Shown here piece after piece: positions 1 through 13,111 of a stretch of DNA of 64,000 bases (position 1 is the stretch's first letter; each line of letters begins with the position of its first letter). A model generated the notes under the pieces. The model searched no databases. It saw nothing but the letters and a program-made list of their open reading frames with translations, and was not told the origin of the DNA. This DNA is from Octopus vulgaris (lineage: Eukaryota), in assembly GCA_951406725.2 (NCBI GenBank), contig OX597824.1, positions 9,734,001 to 9,798,000 on the forward strand, written 5' to 3'. Position numbers and translations under genes: made by a program.

Positions 1-285
1 GGCAAAGTCGACCTCGGAGGAATTTGAATTCAGAACGTAGCGGCAGACGAAATACCTATTTCTTTATTACCCACAAGGGGCTACACACAGAGGGGACAAA
101 CAAGGACAGACAAACGGATTAAGTCGATTACATCGACCCCAGTGCATAACTGGTACTTATTTAATCGACCCCGAAAGGATGAAAGGCAAAGTCGACCTCG
201 GCGGAATTTGAACTCAGAACGTAACGGCAGACGAAATACCGCTAAGCATTTCGCCCGGCGTGCTAACATTTCTGCCAGCTCGCCG
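1..285 (-). mobile_element. SINE family A (tRNA-like head), multimer cut by window edge
   Basis: Head GGCGAGCTGGCAGAAATGTTAGC and B-box-like GAGTTCAAATTCC on minus strand; body CGACTTTGCCTTTCATCCTTTCGGGGTCGA recurs >20 times in the window. Confidence 0.85.
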
Positions 286-797
286 TATGTATTACCGCCT
301 CCGATGTCATTAATCACTCGGTACATCAACTGAATGCATTCTTACCAAATATGGCCAGTCTTCTAGTGGAGTTTGCAAATCTTCTTGAAATATTTTAATC
401 AAAATTCAATTCATTTGTTTATATTCTTCATTCTTCCATTTCCTAATACTATTATTGTTGTTGTTGTTTCTGCCTCAATCAGCGACACCTTAACGTAAGC
501 AGTCGGCTCTACTACAGGGTAACGTTGTAGCCGTAAGAACCTGCTCTGTTGTCACACGCAGCATTAGCCTTGTTATTGTACCTTTATTCCAGAAGTATCT
601 TTGCGTACAAATATTTGTGCACCGTTTCACACTTCCAAGATTATAATTACAATGAAGCACCCCCGCCTGTGCTCAGTGAATGCTGCTTATTAACGTAACT
701 GATTTGTTGCGAAATAATTTAGCTAGCTCTAAGGGAAGTTCATTTCCTTCTATTCATGAAACTAAATCAAAAAGGAACATTTTCGGGTTTTTCTGAA

Positions 798-1020
798 TAA
801 GAGTGGGTGCTGAAAAGTTCCTGACTTTTGGTAAAATAAAATACTGAACGATCAGTTAATTATGATATTGTTCGACATACTACCCTCTCAGATTCACACA
901 CTTATTGTAGCGGTCCTTCAGTTTTTCTAAGCCCTGTAAAAGAACTGGTTTTTTTTTTTTTTGAGGGGTGGGTGTGGAGGGGCTCCAACCAGACCTTTCG
1001 CAATACAATTTAAGCCAGAA
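798..1020 (-). mobile_element. Mariner-derived non-autonomous remnant (TIR plus transposase C-terminus)
   Basis: TA + GAGTGGGTGCTGAAAAGTTCCTG TIR-like end; minus strand reads QGLEKLKDRYNKCVNLRG*YVE (mariner C-terminal KC..L.GEYVE motif). Second copy at 28240-28404. Confidence 0.7.
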
Positions 1021-1425
1021 ACGTTAGCTCGCCGGGCGAAATTCGGAGCCGTATTTCGTCTGCCGCTACGTTCTGAGTTCAAATTCCGCCGAGGTCGACT
1101 TTGCCTTTCATCCTTTCAGGGTCGATGAAAAAAAAATTACCAGTTACGCACTGGGGTCGATATAATCGACTTAATCCGTTTGTCTGTCCTTGTTTGTCCT
1201 CTCTGTGTTTAGCCCCTTGTGGGTAGTAAAGAAATAGAAATAGGTATTTCGTCTGCCGCTACGTTCTGAGTTCAAATTCCGCCTAGGTCGACTTTGCCTT
1301 TCATACTTTCGGGGTCGATTAAATAAGTCCCAGTTGCACTCTGGGGTCGATGTAATCGACTTAATCCATATGTCTGTTCTTGTTTGTCCCCTCTATGTTT
1401 AGCCCCCTGTGGGCAATAGAGCAAT
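1015..1425 (+). mobile_element. SINE family A, head plus two bodies
   Basis: Body restarts at GGTATTTCGTCTGCC (~1243) after tail AAAGAAATAG. Confidence 0.85.
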
Positions 1426-1593
1426 ATATATATATATTTGTGTGGGGTGGGGTGTATGTGTAGACGATGATGCAAATAAACAAATAAAGCTGCTTGGATT
1501 AGATATACGAAATAGACATAACTGTATATATGTGAACAGAGAGAATGCAAAGACTGAAGGTTTTCAGACGATGAGTGTTTAAGTATATACATA

Positions 1594-2015
1594 TACTCTT
1601 TACTCTTTTACTTGTTTTATTCACTTGATTGCGGCCATGCTGGAGCACCGCCTTTAGTCGAGCAAATCGTCCCCAGAACTTATTCTTTGTAAGCCTAGTA
1701 CTTATTCTTTCGGTCTCTTTTGCCGAACCGCTAAGTGACGGGGACGTAAACACACCAGCATCAGATGTCAATTGATGTTGGGGGGACAAACACAGACACA
1801 CAAACATACACACATACACACACATATATATATACATACATATGCATATATACGACGGGCTTCTTTCAGTTTCCATCTACCAAATCCACTCACAAGGCTT
1901 TGGTCAGCCCGAGGCTATAGTAGAAGACACTTGCCCAAGATGCCACGCAGTGGGACTGAACCCGGAACCATGTGGTTGGTTAGCAAGCTACTTACAACAC
2001 AGCCAATCCTGCGCC
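1594..2015 (-). mobile_element. SINE family B (tRNA-like head, internal microsatellite, GAGTAAAA tail)
   Basis: Head GGCGCAGGATTGGCTGTGTTGTAAG...GGTTCAGTCCC; CTTGGGCAAGTGTCTT; internal (TA/TG)n; many homologous copies in the window. Confidence 0.85.
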
Positions 2016-3148
2016 TATATATATATATATTTATATATTAAACAGAGGAAACTTACACAGAGTACAAAATCTAAAACCACCATTAATGCCCTCCAACCAA
2101 CCCAACCCTCCCTGCTCCCCACCCCCAACCAACCCAGCCCTCCCTTTCTTCCGTGGGAGATGGGTGAGTTGGTTGGGAGAGCATTAGTAGGTCTTCAGTG
2201 TTTGTCATTTCATATCAATTATTGGAGTCATTATTGAGTTCATGACCCCCAGAAGAAATGTAATTTATAGTTACCGTGGCTTCTATAACTGCAACTAATC
2301 ATATTTTTGCTTACATTTTTCGACGATATTCGTCTCCGCAGCTTCTTCGGTGTTGTTTGGATTGTTGTATCCAGCCAAGTTGTTTGTAGCAAATCTGTGC
2401 ATGATGCATTCGAGTCTGCATCGAACATCTCAATGGTTTTCAGTAAAAGGTTTTGTTTTTTTGTTGTTTTTTTTTCTCAATGAATGTGAGAGAAAGAGTA
2501 ACCCGTCAGAGTGGAAAGCAGATATTTGCCATATAAACAGGAACAGCAGCATTCATCGCAAACTGAATTAATGGTGTCCCACGCAAGGTTCCGGCAGTTT
2601 TTGGCGAGTGTTCATCATAAATATGTATATGTGTGCATGTATATGTCTATATGCATACACACATATATATACCTTTCTCTCTCATTCTCTCTATCTCTCT
2701 CACTGTCTCTCTCTCTCTCTCTCTCTCTCTAGCTGAGGGTCAATAGAGGTACATTATCCCAGCTATTTGTAAGCTACGGGACGTCCCAGTGAATATTTAA
2801 GTCTACTCACAACTGTACAAGCTCATTAAGGTAATTTGTGAAATCGTGGTACAAGCTACCGAGTTATTCTCACTCACAATAATGATAATTTCTCTTCTCA
2901 GAAATTCAAGCATAATATCTAAGACATTGGTAGTTGAGTCTCGTGGACAAGAACACAAATATATACAGCCGACCAGTCCGCTGTTTGTTGGTTCTATCAA
3001 GGGGGATAATGCATAGGAAACTGGAAAGTGTAAGATGAGTTTATGAGAATGCACGATGGATGTAAAATATTTACAATACATTTGTTTGTAAATGTAAACA
3101 TTGTAAAAAGAATGAAAGATTAAATATGTATATATATTTATATATATT

Positions 3149-3208
<60 letters not shown>

Positions 3209-4589
3209 TAGTTAATCCAAACATGAAGACACAAAGAGAAAACACAACAACGCGAGGACGTGGAACAAGTATAGTGTTATATATATACGTGAAAATTATG
3301 TGTATTTATGAAAGTGTATATGTGTGTGTGTGTGTATGTATGCATTTATGTATGTGAATTAGAGTTTATCTTTAATGTTTATGTGAGTTTATCGTGAGAA
3401 TTTGTTTAAGTTTTGGATGAAAACTGTGTGTCTGTGTGTTTGTTTCTGTGTGTGTGTGTAAGTTTAATAATTAAATGGTAGAAAGAAATGAGAATGTTTG
3501 CGTTTGTTTGCATGTATAACTGAATTAATGTGTGTTTGTGTCGGTATGCATGAGGCGGGTAGGTGTATATATTGTTCGTTAGAATTAATAAATGCGGGAG
3601 AGAAAGAAACTGTTGTATGTCGTGCGGGTTGTTTGGGTAAACAGAAAGTAAAAGCGCGCTTAGTTGGAAAGTCTATTCGTGCGCCTTGCTTCGTCTATAA
3701 AAGTGTTTGTGCGTACACGAGAATCTGTGTCTAAGTATGTGTGTGTATATATGTGTGCATATACAGTGTTTGTGCTCTGGGAATAACTTTGTTTTCATCC
3801 TTTACAGATTTTTTCTTCATCTGTAACACTATGGTGTTTACTCAGCATAGCTTTGTTCATCGAATACTAAATAAATTGGATATAAAGAAGAAGAGAAGAA
3901 ATACTATTTCGATGAAAACAAATATTTCCAAGCAACGACATAAATAATATTCTTATTCTGAAATCAATACGAAACTATTTGAGAGGTGAATTTCTTTACA
4001 AGATCAGTGCACAAACGGATGCTAGTGTGGAAAAATCTAGCTTTCTTTAGTTGATGGAAAATATCGACCGAAGCGAAGAACGGGCTGATGTGGCCGGCAG
4101 AAGGCAGAGGATGGTTTTTAAACATTTCCCCAAGACTAAAACACATTTAATGACAGCGATGTTCTAAGAGGTTATTTTCTTACTAACGGATCTGAGACTG
4201 AAAATGAAAAATTACATCGCCTCTTTCTCGACAGCATCCAAAGAGGAACACATCCGCGGATATTGCACTTAGGTGTGTACTTTTACATAAACACACAAAC
4301 ACAAACACATGCAGACACAATCACTGAAGCACATGCAATCATTTACATAATTCAATCAAAACAAAAACACACGCAAACAGATACACGGATGTCCCAAATA
4401 AAGCTTCACGCACACACATACACATAAACACGCACACTCACATACTTACACATACATATATTGACACTTATATAACAAGCACGGATTCGAAAATGAATAC
4501 AATCCTACATACATAGATATACATGCTAGCTTGGACATAAATTTATCAACACAAATATCAACATTCACTCACACACACACATTTATAAT

Positions 4590-4985
<396 letters not shown>

Positions 4986-5742
4986 TTTTATACGCATATC
5001 GAACTATGAGCCAAGCAAAGCAACGAGATCTAAAACAAATTTGGTTTCTTTTTTCTCTATTTTTTTTTTTTTTTTTGTTATTCCGATGACATAGCAAATA
5101 TTGATACAGAAGCAACTGTACGAGTCCGGTTTGTTAGATTAACCTAATGTGGAATATACAAAGAACTTTCTCTCCTTGTGCATATTAGCTCTGTACATTT
5201 CGTTTTCCATTTGCAATTTATCTGCTAATAATACCAGAAATTAAATTATCATTTCGCATGTTTCTCCATTACAAACGTACTTCCACTCTTTCTACTGCGC
5301 CCATCAATACTCTTAGGAATGTCAGAATGTAAAGCTATTTCGGTATCTAATCGATTCTCGACGAGGAATTCATTTACATACAACGTAATTTTATCCCCTA
5401 ACCGCCATCAAGGACATTAGTTTTCAAACATTTTCTATTCACAACGCAAAATTACATTTGTGTTAACTCCGTGTTACATTCAGCTGACCAGAACTCAAAA
5501 ATAAAAGACCGAACCACTGTCCTTAGGAAAATCGTGAAATATGCCGGATGAAATTCGTGGATTTCATAAAATAGCATATTTTATACCCTAAATTCAACCC
5601 AAGTACGCCCTAATACATCAGAATATCTTAAAAGATTACGAAAGAAAAATATATAGTTGAGGTTATAAATTTTCAAAATTTGAGCTCTCTTACACTCACT
5701 TAGTCCCTTCACTTCTTTTCTCTCTCTCTTTCGCTCTTTCCT

Positions 5743-5843
<101 letters not shown>

Positions 5844-5845
5844 TG

Positions 5846-5996
5846 CCTTTAGTCGAACAAATCGACCCCTGGACTTATTCTGTGGAAGCCTAGTACCTAT
5901 TCTATTGGTCTCTTTTCCCAAACCGCTAAGTTACGGAGACGTAAAATCGGTTGTCAAGCGATGGTGGGGGAACACACACAGACACACCAACACACG

Positions 5997-6066
<70 letters not shown>

Positions 6067-6204
6067 ACTGGCTTCTTTCAGTTTCCGTCTACCAAATCCA
6101 CTCACAAGGCTTTGGTCGGCCCGAAGGCTATAGTGGAAGACACTTGCAGTGGGAATGAACCCGGAACCATGTGGTTGGTAAGCAAGCTACTTACCAAACA
6201 GCCA
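5846..6204 (-). mobile_element. SINE family B, partial
   Basis: Homologous to 1594-2015, with small deletions and an expanded internal (CA)n(TA)n. Confidence 0.8.
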
Positions 6205-7526
6205 GAATTTAAATAGGATGCAATGACTTACAAACTACACGATTGCATCACTTGTCCACCCTAGGATTCCTCAGTCCCCAGAACCCATGAAAACATGTCC
6301 ACCTTTCTTCAAGGGAGCAGTATTGTCTACTTTGGGAACCATTGTTATGCAGTATAAAATGCAATTCGAGGACCACGTTGTAGAGAGGAGGAAGAAACGG
6401 AAAGAGAGAGTTGGAATAGGCAACAAAAATCTTTGTTTCTGAAGAAAACCTCGCATTTTATAATCAGATTCAATAACAGTAAAATAAAAGGATACCAACA
6501 TCAATATAGGTTGTCACATGTATGAATGCGTTTGAGAAATAAAGATGGATATTATAAATTCTTTCCCAGAATTTTTCACATTTTTTACACTGGTGTTCCT
6601 TTAAATGTTTATAACGAAAACCACATTCATTGCCTACAGAACTTGACAATAAAACTGTTACAAGTTTTTAATGTTTGAAATTTTAGCTAAACGGAAACCT
6701 CCATTGCTGACATACCGGATATCGTAAAGACCTGCTTTCATTGAAACAGCATTAGCATTATCGCCTGTTGTTGTCATAACCGCAACAATAACCATCTGTT
6801 GTCTGTATCTTCTTTCCGGCCAGGTTCTTTGAACAAATGCTGCAAGCCGTATATTTTCGTTTCTTCGTCAAATACAAAATTTTTATCTCACAAAATGAGC
6901 GAAACGAGCGTTTCAAGAATGAATTTGTAAATTTCTGGGTGATTATAAAGGCAGAAGGTTAAGGTCAGGGTAAGCCTTTGGCTCCTGATTGGCTTAAAAT
7001 TTGAAACTCTGAAGGCTTGTGGCTTCTTTATTGTTATTTTCTACAGAAAATAATTACGAATTTCGTTATCAGCACGCAGAAACTAATGAAAGCAGAAAAC
7101 ATGACAAAATTTTGACATTCTGACGGTGGGAAGGATTTTATGAAGATCTATTACCTTTTGATAATATTATTACATTTGAGAAGAGTTATAATCGATAACG
7201 CCTATAAGCACTTTCAATGTTTATCCATATTTTCTTTCTCTTTCTTTTTCGAAGCAATCCACAAAAATATTATAGTTTTCTCAATGGATATTCATTTCTT
7301 TCTTTTTAAATGCGTGGTTTTTCAGTTTAAAACTGATTTATTGCCTTTGTTAAACCTACGCGGCAGTAAGCATGCAAGCTGACGATATTTTTGTTTACAT
7401 AAGGGGCCTTTTTTCTTTCTTGGTTTCATTCTTTTTTCTATTTTGCTCGCATCATAATATATGTTTTTGCGTTGATTGACTTAAGATGTTTTAGGACATA
7501 TTTCCTCCTTACTTTGGATTGGTTTT

Positions 7527-7736
7527 GCAGCGAACTGGCAGAATCGTTACAGAGTCCGAAAAATATTCAGCGACATTTCTTCCGGTTCTTTACGTTGTGA
7601 GTTCAAATCCCGTCGAGGTAAACTTTGTCTTTCATCCTTTCGGTGACCCCCTAAAATAAACCGAGTGCTGGGATTCGATGTAATTGCCTTGTCCCATTCC
7701 CTAAAATTGCAGGCCTTGTACCAAAATTTGAAACCC
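7527..7736 (+). mobile_element. Older SINE A-related copy with a different tail
   Basis: Diverged head and core (GAGTTCAAATCCCGTCGAGG...TTTCATCCTTTCGG); tail GGCCTTGTACCAAAATTTGAAAC shared with 14177-14370. Confidence 0.65.
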
Positions 7737-7951
7737 CTATTTTCGTAGTGGGCTGTCGCTAGTGATGTGTTGTAAATTCATTCGCCCTTTATGTGAAGTT
7801 TTTGTCTTCTATAAATTGTGTAATTTCTCACAAAATTATTGGGTCTACCGGATGTCTGAAAAAAAATTATTTCAGCATTTTATATTCGACCATTGTTTCC
7901 CTGCAAACATCTTAATGTTATGATTGTTTTGTGTTCTGTTGTAGTGTGTGG

Positions 7952-8287
7952 GAGACCCCCGTCGGTCATGAATGATTGCACCTAGAAAGTTACCCCCCGA
8001 GGCACAAGTCCAGGCGAGGTTGTTTATGGAAGGCCAGCAGTCGCCCATGCATACCGGCCTCCCCTCTCCACACCACTGATGCTGTCCAAGGGAAAGGCAA
8101 AGGCAAAGGGGCCGATACAGCTTGGCACCTGTGACGTTGCAACTCATTTCTACAGATGAGTGAACTGCAGCAACGTGAAATAAAGTGTCTTGCTCAAGAA
8201 CACAACACGCAGCCCGGTCCGGGAATCGAGCTCACAACCTCACGATCGTAAGCTCGACGTTCTAACCACTGATCCATGCGCCTTCAC
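7952..8287 (-). mobile_element. SINE family D head plus tail T4
   Basis: tRNA-like head (TGGATCAGTGGTTAGA...GAGCTCGATTCCC); TTGAGCAAGACACTTTA; TSD TGTAGTGTGT at 7940-7949 and 8288-8297. Confidence 0.8.
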
Positions 8288-8429
8288 TGTAGTGTGTAAT
8301 GCTGGATTATTTTAGCTTAGCCTGATCTGTATAAATCTTATTTCACTACATTTATTCGGCTGCTGCTGCTACTGTTGTTGTATTAATGGCGAAGGAATTG
8401 AAGTCTGTTTGGCGTATGAGATTTAATAA

Positions 8430-9053
8430 GGGTTCCAAATTCTGACCCAGGGCCAAGAATTTTAACGGGAGGCGGATAGTCAATTACATCGAACCCTGTG
8501 TTTAACTGATACTTATTTTACCGACCCCGAACGGATTAAAGGTAAAGTCCAACTCAGAAAGTAAAGAGCCGAAAGAAATGCTGCTATGCATTTTGTCCGA
8601 AGCGGTAACGGATCTTTTCGGTTTGAACGGCAGTTTTTAACATAATTTCTAGATAACTAAAAAATTTTGAACTTCGTATACTGGTAGAATGTGTTTATAA
8701 AACATCTTTTTCTTTTGGCTTTATTGAGAAAATTCTATAGTTTCTAAGATATTTGTTGTTGTTTTTTTTCTGCAATTTCAACCAATCACTGACGTCTATT
8801 GAGGTAAAAAAAAACATTCTGTGCCGTATGAAAATGTCCCTCGTTTAAGAAACAGATTGGGTTTAGTTACATTTCTGAAGAAAAAAATATACCCTTTCTC
8901 CCACCCCTAACCCTAACCCTAAAACAGATTGAAATGCAATAGATCGATACTAGGATCATAATTATGGGTGGCAATTTGATATGACACCGCAAGAAAAGAC
9001 TGCCGTTCAAACGGAAAAGATCCGCAGTAACAATTCTACCAACTCGCCGCCTT
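8430..9053 (-). mobile_element. Older SINE A copy interrupted by a MITE
   Basis: Body 8430-8609 and head 9024-9053 are separated by the 8610-9023 insertion. Confidence 0.7.
8610..9023. mobile_element. MITE with ~28-bp TIRs and 8-bp TSD (Merlin-like)
   Basis: Left GGATCTTTTCGGTTTGAACGGCAGTTTT; right AAAGACTGCCGTTCAAACGGAAAAGATCC; TSD GCGGTAAC (8602-8609) / GCAGTAAC (9024-9031). GG...CC ends with an 8-bp TSD fit Merlin; the superfamily is inferred. Confidence 0.8.
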
Positions 9054-9322
9054 AAGGAGATGTTACGATAGCAAAACATGGCCTAGGATGTATCTTACGC
9101 TGAAGAGATGAAAGCATTATTAGCCTTTAAGGTAATGTCGTCTCGTACTTCCCGTACAAGTATTTCTATTTAGGTATTTAAAGTTCATCATATTAGATAT
9201 GTTAACACTAACTGAACAACTCCCACGTTAAGTGGCAACTCCTTGACTCTGTAAGAAACGACCATATATGTGGCCTTTTGAATTGCGATGGTTTGGTTCA
9301 TGGAGGTATTGGAGACACTTTA

Positions 9323-9554
9323 AGGTGGCGAGCTGGCAGAAACGTTAGCATGCCGGGCGAAATGCTTAGCAGTATTTCGTCTGCCGTTACGTTCTGAGTT
9401 CAAATTCCGCCGAGGTCGACTTTGCCTTTCACCCTTTCGGGGTCGATTAAATAAGTACCAGTTACTGGGATCGATATAATCGATTTAATCCGTTTGTCTG
9501 TCTTTGTTTGTCCTCTCTGTGTTTAGCCCCTTGTGGGTAGTAAAGAAATAGGTA
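9323..9554 (+). mobile_element. SINE family A monomer
   Basis: Full head to tail; imperfect TSD AGGTATTGGAGACACTTT / AGGTATTGGAAACAATTT. Confidence 0.88.
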
Positions 9555-10642
9555 TTGGAAACAATTTGGTAGAGCCAATTTAAGAGTTTAATATAGAGCA
9601 ACTGATTAGAATGATGTTTCCAGATGCATTATTTGGATAGGGCTATCCGAAAAAAGATTCAAAGCATTCTGAAGATACTTGTACTTATGAATGAAATAAA
9701 CTATGCGAGCCGAAGCAAAATGACTGTATGGCTCTGCGCCTTTAAAGGAAATACATATGATATAGTATCACCGTACTTTAAAGCTGTTCAAAATTTTGAC
9801 AGAAAGCTGGCGCGGAGAACATCAGATTAGTTGTTATACGCTACACAGTTTCACTACAACAGCTGTGCTGAATAATGCTTAATTGTGAGTTCCCCAAACA
9901 TTTTAAATCGTGGACTTCAACACTGAATGAATATCTCGTATATCTAAATAAGTAAGGTTCACAAGGCTTGTCCCTCTCCAAACTATATCCGCGGGAGCGA
10001 GAAGGTGAATTCATTAACTTAAAGCAAATGAAGCGCTTATTAATGCGGCTTCATCACAAACGCCGACCAGGCCTGGTGATTTGAGGCTAACGACCGCATG
10101 ATCTCCAACCACTCTTTATTCCAGCGGTGAATGCCGTAGACATGGGGGCCTAAGTTGGGCTTCAGATCAGCCTTTAGACAACGAAAAACCTGGCTGACGA
10201 CAGTCAATTCATTAACTTAAAGTAAATGAAGCGCTTCTGAATTTTTCACTCTTATAAATGCGGCTTCATAACATAGTTAATAATATATATATAATTCATT
10301 CCATCCGAGCTGAATTTGTGTGAAAGCTGAAATTATATTGGGCCTTTGGCACAAGGGAATACCGCTAAGAAGACTGTCCGTCTGATAATTCTATTGACCT
10401 ATCAATCCAGATACCCTAATTTTAATCTTTTATTTATTAATGAATTCAATAATAATGGACTACAGAAATGTGGAAATAATTATACGAAGGAGCCATACAG
10501 TAGAAGCGGCTTATAATTATACGAATAATGTTATTGAACGGCGATTGGAATAAATATTAGTGTATTTTAGAAAAGAAAATCAATCGTTTATGATTCCTAA
10601 AGGTTTTTAATGAAAATAGACCAACTAATTTCATGATCCCAA

Positions 10643-10699
10643 GTTATGATGTACTGATGAGCCCACAAGAAGGGTGAAATAGCGTTATCCACAAATAAC
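10643..10699 (+). ncRNA. Minimal type-I hammerhead ribozyme-like motif
   Basis: CTGATGA (10654-60), stem II GCCC/GGGT, GAAA (10676-79), near-palindromic TAGCGTTA, ATC; imperfect stem I GTTATGATGTA/CACAAATAAC. Confidence 0.6.
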
Positions 10700-10994
10700 A
10701 GGGCATTTAAAATTTAAAAAAAAGAGAATAGATTATGGGAAATCTTATAAACAGATAGATTCCTGAACTAAAACAGTCCATAAATGTGGCAGGGACTTCG
10801 GTATTGAATTTGGGATAACCAAATTAGTTAGCAGCACTAACAGACAACAGTCAATAATTGTCTATACTTATTCGCTCATAACTATCCGCTAATATGTATC
10901 CTCTTGAGGTGAGATTATCGTTTAGGTGAGCTCGATCAATTTTATTGTGGAAGTAGACATGCTTTATTAAGAAGTTCACTTCACAGACATGTAG

Positions 10995-11615
10995 TTTCAG
11001 TTCACGATACGCATTCAGTCGTGACTGCTTTTGAGCTTCTGTAATCAAACGAGGCACAAATTTTGCTGCAACTCTTTTCATTCGCAATTCTTCGCTCAAA
11101 ATTCGTTTGCAGGACATCCAGGACACAGCAGTCAAATCAACAAGTTCGTCAATTGTTCGGTGACGGTCCTCCAAGATCAGTTCATGAATTTTCAATGATG
11201 TTTTCCTTCGTTCGGGCGGTCGACGGTCGCCCTGAAAGAGGGTGGTTCTCAAGCGACAATTTCCCATTCCTAACGCGTGAAAGCCACTCGTAAACCTATG
11301 TTTTGTACATGGCAGCGGACTTCTAAGCTGCTTGAAGCATGAAAACTGTTTCGGCTGCCGTTTTCCCCAGCAGAAAAGAAAATTTCACGGAAATACGGTG
11401 TTTCTTCGATTCAGCCATCGCAAAAATCGACGAACAGAGGCGAAGCACTGCAAAACAAAGATGCACCGCGTGGCAGTAAGACCGCAGTCGACGACACCAG
11501 TCAGCAGACTGATGCCTGAGGGTCGCATCAAGTGGTTTCTATCGATCGAAACCAGAACTACAACGGATTTGTCCCCCAAAGAATGTGTCCAGTTACCTGT
11601 GGGTACCCCCGCGTA
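10995..11615 (-). mobile_element. Mariner transposon 5-prime half (pseudogene: TIR plus HTH region)
   Basis: TA + CGCGGGGGTACCCACAGGTAACTGGA TIR at ~11588-11615; ATG at 11418 reads MAESKKHRISVKFSFLLGKTAAET..VYEW..SGRPST..ILEDRHRTIDEL..ILSEELRMKRVAAKFVPRLIT (WVPR-type motif), with stops and a frameshift; no DD34D domain. Confidence 0.85.
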
Positions 11616-11619
11616 TGCA

Positions 11620-11805
11620 TGTGCTTGTTTTTGTATTTGGTCCCCATCTACCGTTAGACAAGTGCTGTTGGTTTGTTTGGTAGTTTTCGGTCGAATAAAG
11701 TACCAGACTTTAGAAATACGTACAATGGTAGATTTAATCAGTTATACCCTTCATACCCCAAGTTGGCCGGGGTCCTACGACTGAAACAAGTAAAAGAATA
11801 AAAGG
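11620..11805 (+). mobile_element. Old SINE B 3-prime fragment
   Basis: Ends GACTGAAACAAGTAAAAGAATAAAAG like other B copies; heavily diverged. Confidence 0.55.
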
Positions 11806-11964
11806 AATGCTAGAGTCAAAAATCCGAAGAATATTATTAAAATTTATGAAAAGGTTGATACAAAACAACTGTAAATACAAAACTAAAGAAAATGAGCGCT
11901 AGTTAGGGAAACGATTATGCATTCATGTATGTATATATGTGTGTGCGTGAATATACATTTATAC

Positions 11965-12001
<37 letters not shown>

Positions 12002-12003
<2 letters not shown>

Positions 12004-12273
12004 GAGGCGCAATGACACGTGGTCGTAGGATCGCGATTTCGATTCCCAGACCGGGCGTTGTGAGTGTTTATTGAGCGGAAACACCTAAAGCTCCACGAGT
12101 CTCCGGCAGGGGGTGGTGGCGATCCCTGCTGTGCTTTCTCTCACTCTTTTTTCTGTTGGCCTGCTCGCTTAGCCAGCGGGGTGGCGTCATTTGAGAGCTA
12201 AAACAATGCGAAGCGCATTGTGACCAGCGATGTGTAGCAACATCTAATAGCCTGGTCGGTCACGGTGATCATG

Positions 12274-12280
<7 letters not shown>
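12002..12280 (+). mobile_element. SINE family C head plus tail T1
   Basis: GGAGGCGCAATG...TTCGATTCCCAGACCGGGCG head; tail TGTGACCAGCGATGTG...CACGGTGAT then (TA)n; homologous to 53964-54273. Confidence 0.8.
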
Positions 12281-12337
<57 letters not shown>

Positions 12338-12350
12338 CATGTATATACGA

Positions 12351-12448
<98 letters not shown>

Positions 12449-12482
12449 GCATGCATGTATGTATAAACGATAAGAATAGAAT

Positions 12483-12753
12483 GAGTAAGACCTTTTTTGC
12501 ATTAATTTATAATTGTTTCATCGGAGTTCGATCTTATAAATATGCAATAATGTATGCAGCTATTAATTCATGACGCGATATTGACACGCATCGAATATTC
12601 GACCCTTCAGAGTAATGCATAAAGGTTCTATCGATTTGTATCAAAGACACTTCGTAAATCAATTATTGCATGTATTATTGCATGATATAGCTATATTCAT
12701 GCGATCAAAACCGATGAAACAATTGTAAATTAATGTAATAAAAGGACTTGCTC
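12483..12753. repeat. ~270-bp imperfect fold-back element
   Basis: GAGTAAGACCTTTTTTGCATTAATTTATAATTGTTTCATCGG pairs with CCGATGAAACAATTGTAAATTAATGTAATAAAAGGACTTGCTC; inner arms ATGCAATAAT/ATTATTGCAT also pair. Confidence 0.8.
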
Positions 12754-12790
12754 TACTTAATTCTTTTTATATATAAATGTAAAAACTCTG

Positions 12791-12856
12791 CGAACATTTG
12801 AAGATTGTCAGGAACGTGTCTGACAAAAACAGTCTCTGGATTACTGTATCTTTGAT
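12791..12856 (+). ncRNA. Degenerate hammerhead-like motif
   Basis: TTGAAGA, stem II TGTCAG/CTGACA, AAAA in place of GAAA, stem III CAGT/ACTG, GTA. Confidence 0.4.
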
Positions 12857-13017
12857 AGCCTGGACCAATACGTATATATCTATATAGTGACAGGCAGTGT
12901 TTTCTTGAAAAAAATTTCTGTAACAACTGTGATGTTGTTGTCTATCTCCTCATCCTTTTGGAGATTTTAAGCAAAATTATACTAATAGGTCCTAATTTAA
13001 TTAAATTATTTGCCTTT

Positions 13018-13111
13018 GTGCAGCTGAAGATTGCTCTACATTTTAAATTGTTGTAATGAAATAATTGCATTTTTCAATTAAATGGAGTCGCATGAAACGA
13101 TCGTACTGCAT
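13018..13111 (+). ncRNA. Type-I hammerhead ribozyme-like motif with long loop II
   Basis: Stem I TGCAG(13019-23)/CTGCA(13106-10); CTGAAGA 13024-30; GAAA 13094-97; palindromic ACGATCGT; GTA triplet; stem II imperfect (TGC/GCA). Confidence 0.65.

Noticed and set aside
3690-3710. CTATAAAAG as a TATA box
   Set aside because: Expected by chance in AT-rich DNA; no supported downstream gene.
8905-8922. (CCCTAA)3 as an interstitial telomere
   Set aside because: Only three units, and they lie inside a MITE.
9095-9160. CTGAAGA followed by a hairpin
   Set aside because: No GAAA after the stem and no stem III; too degenerate to call.
11332-11784. 150-aa plus-strand ORF
   Set aside because: It spans the antisense mariner 5-prime end and a SINE fragment; no domain recognised.
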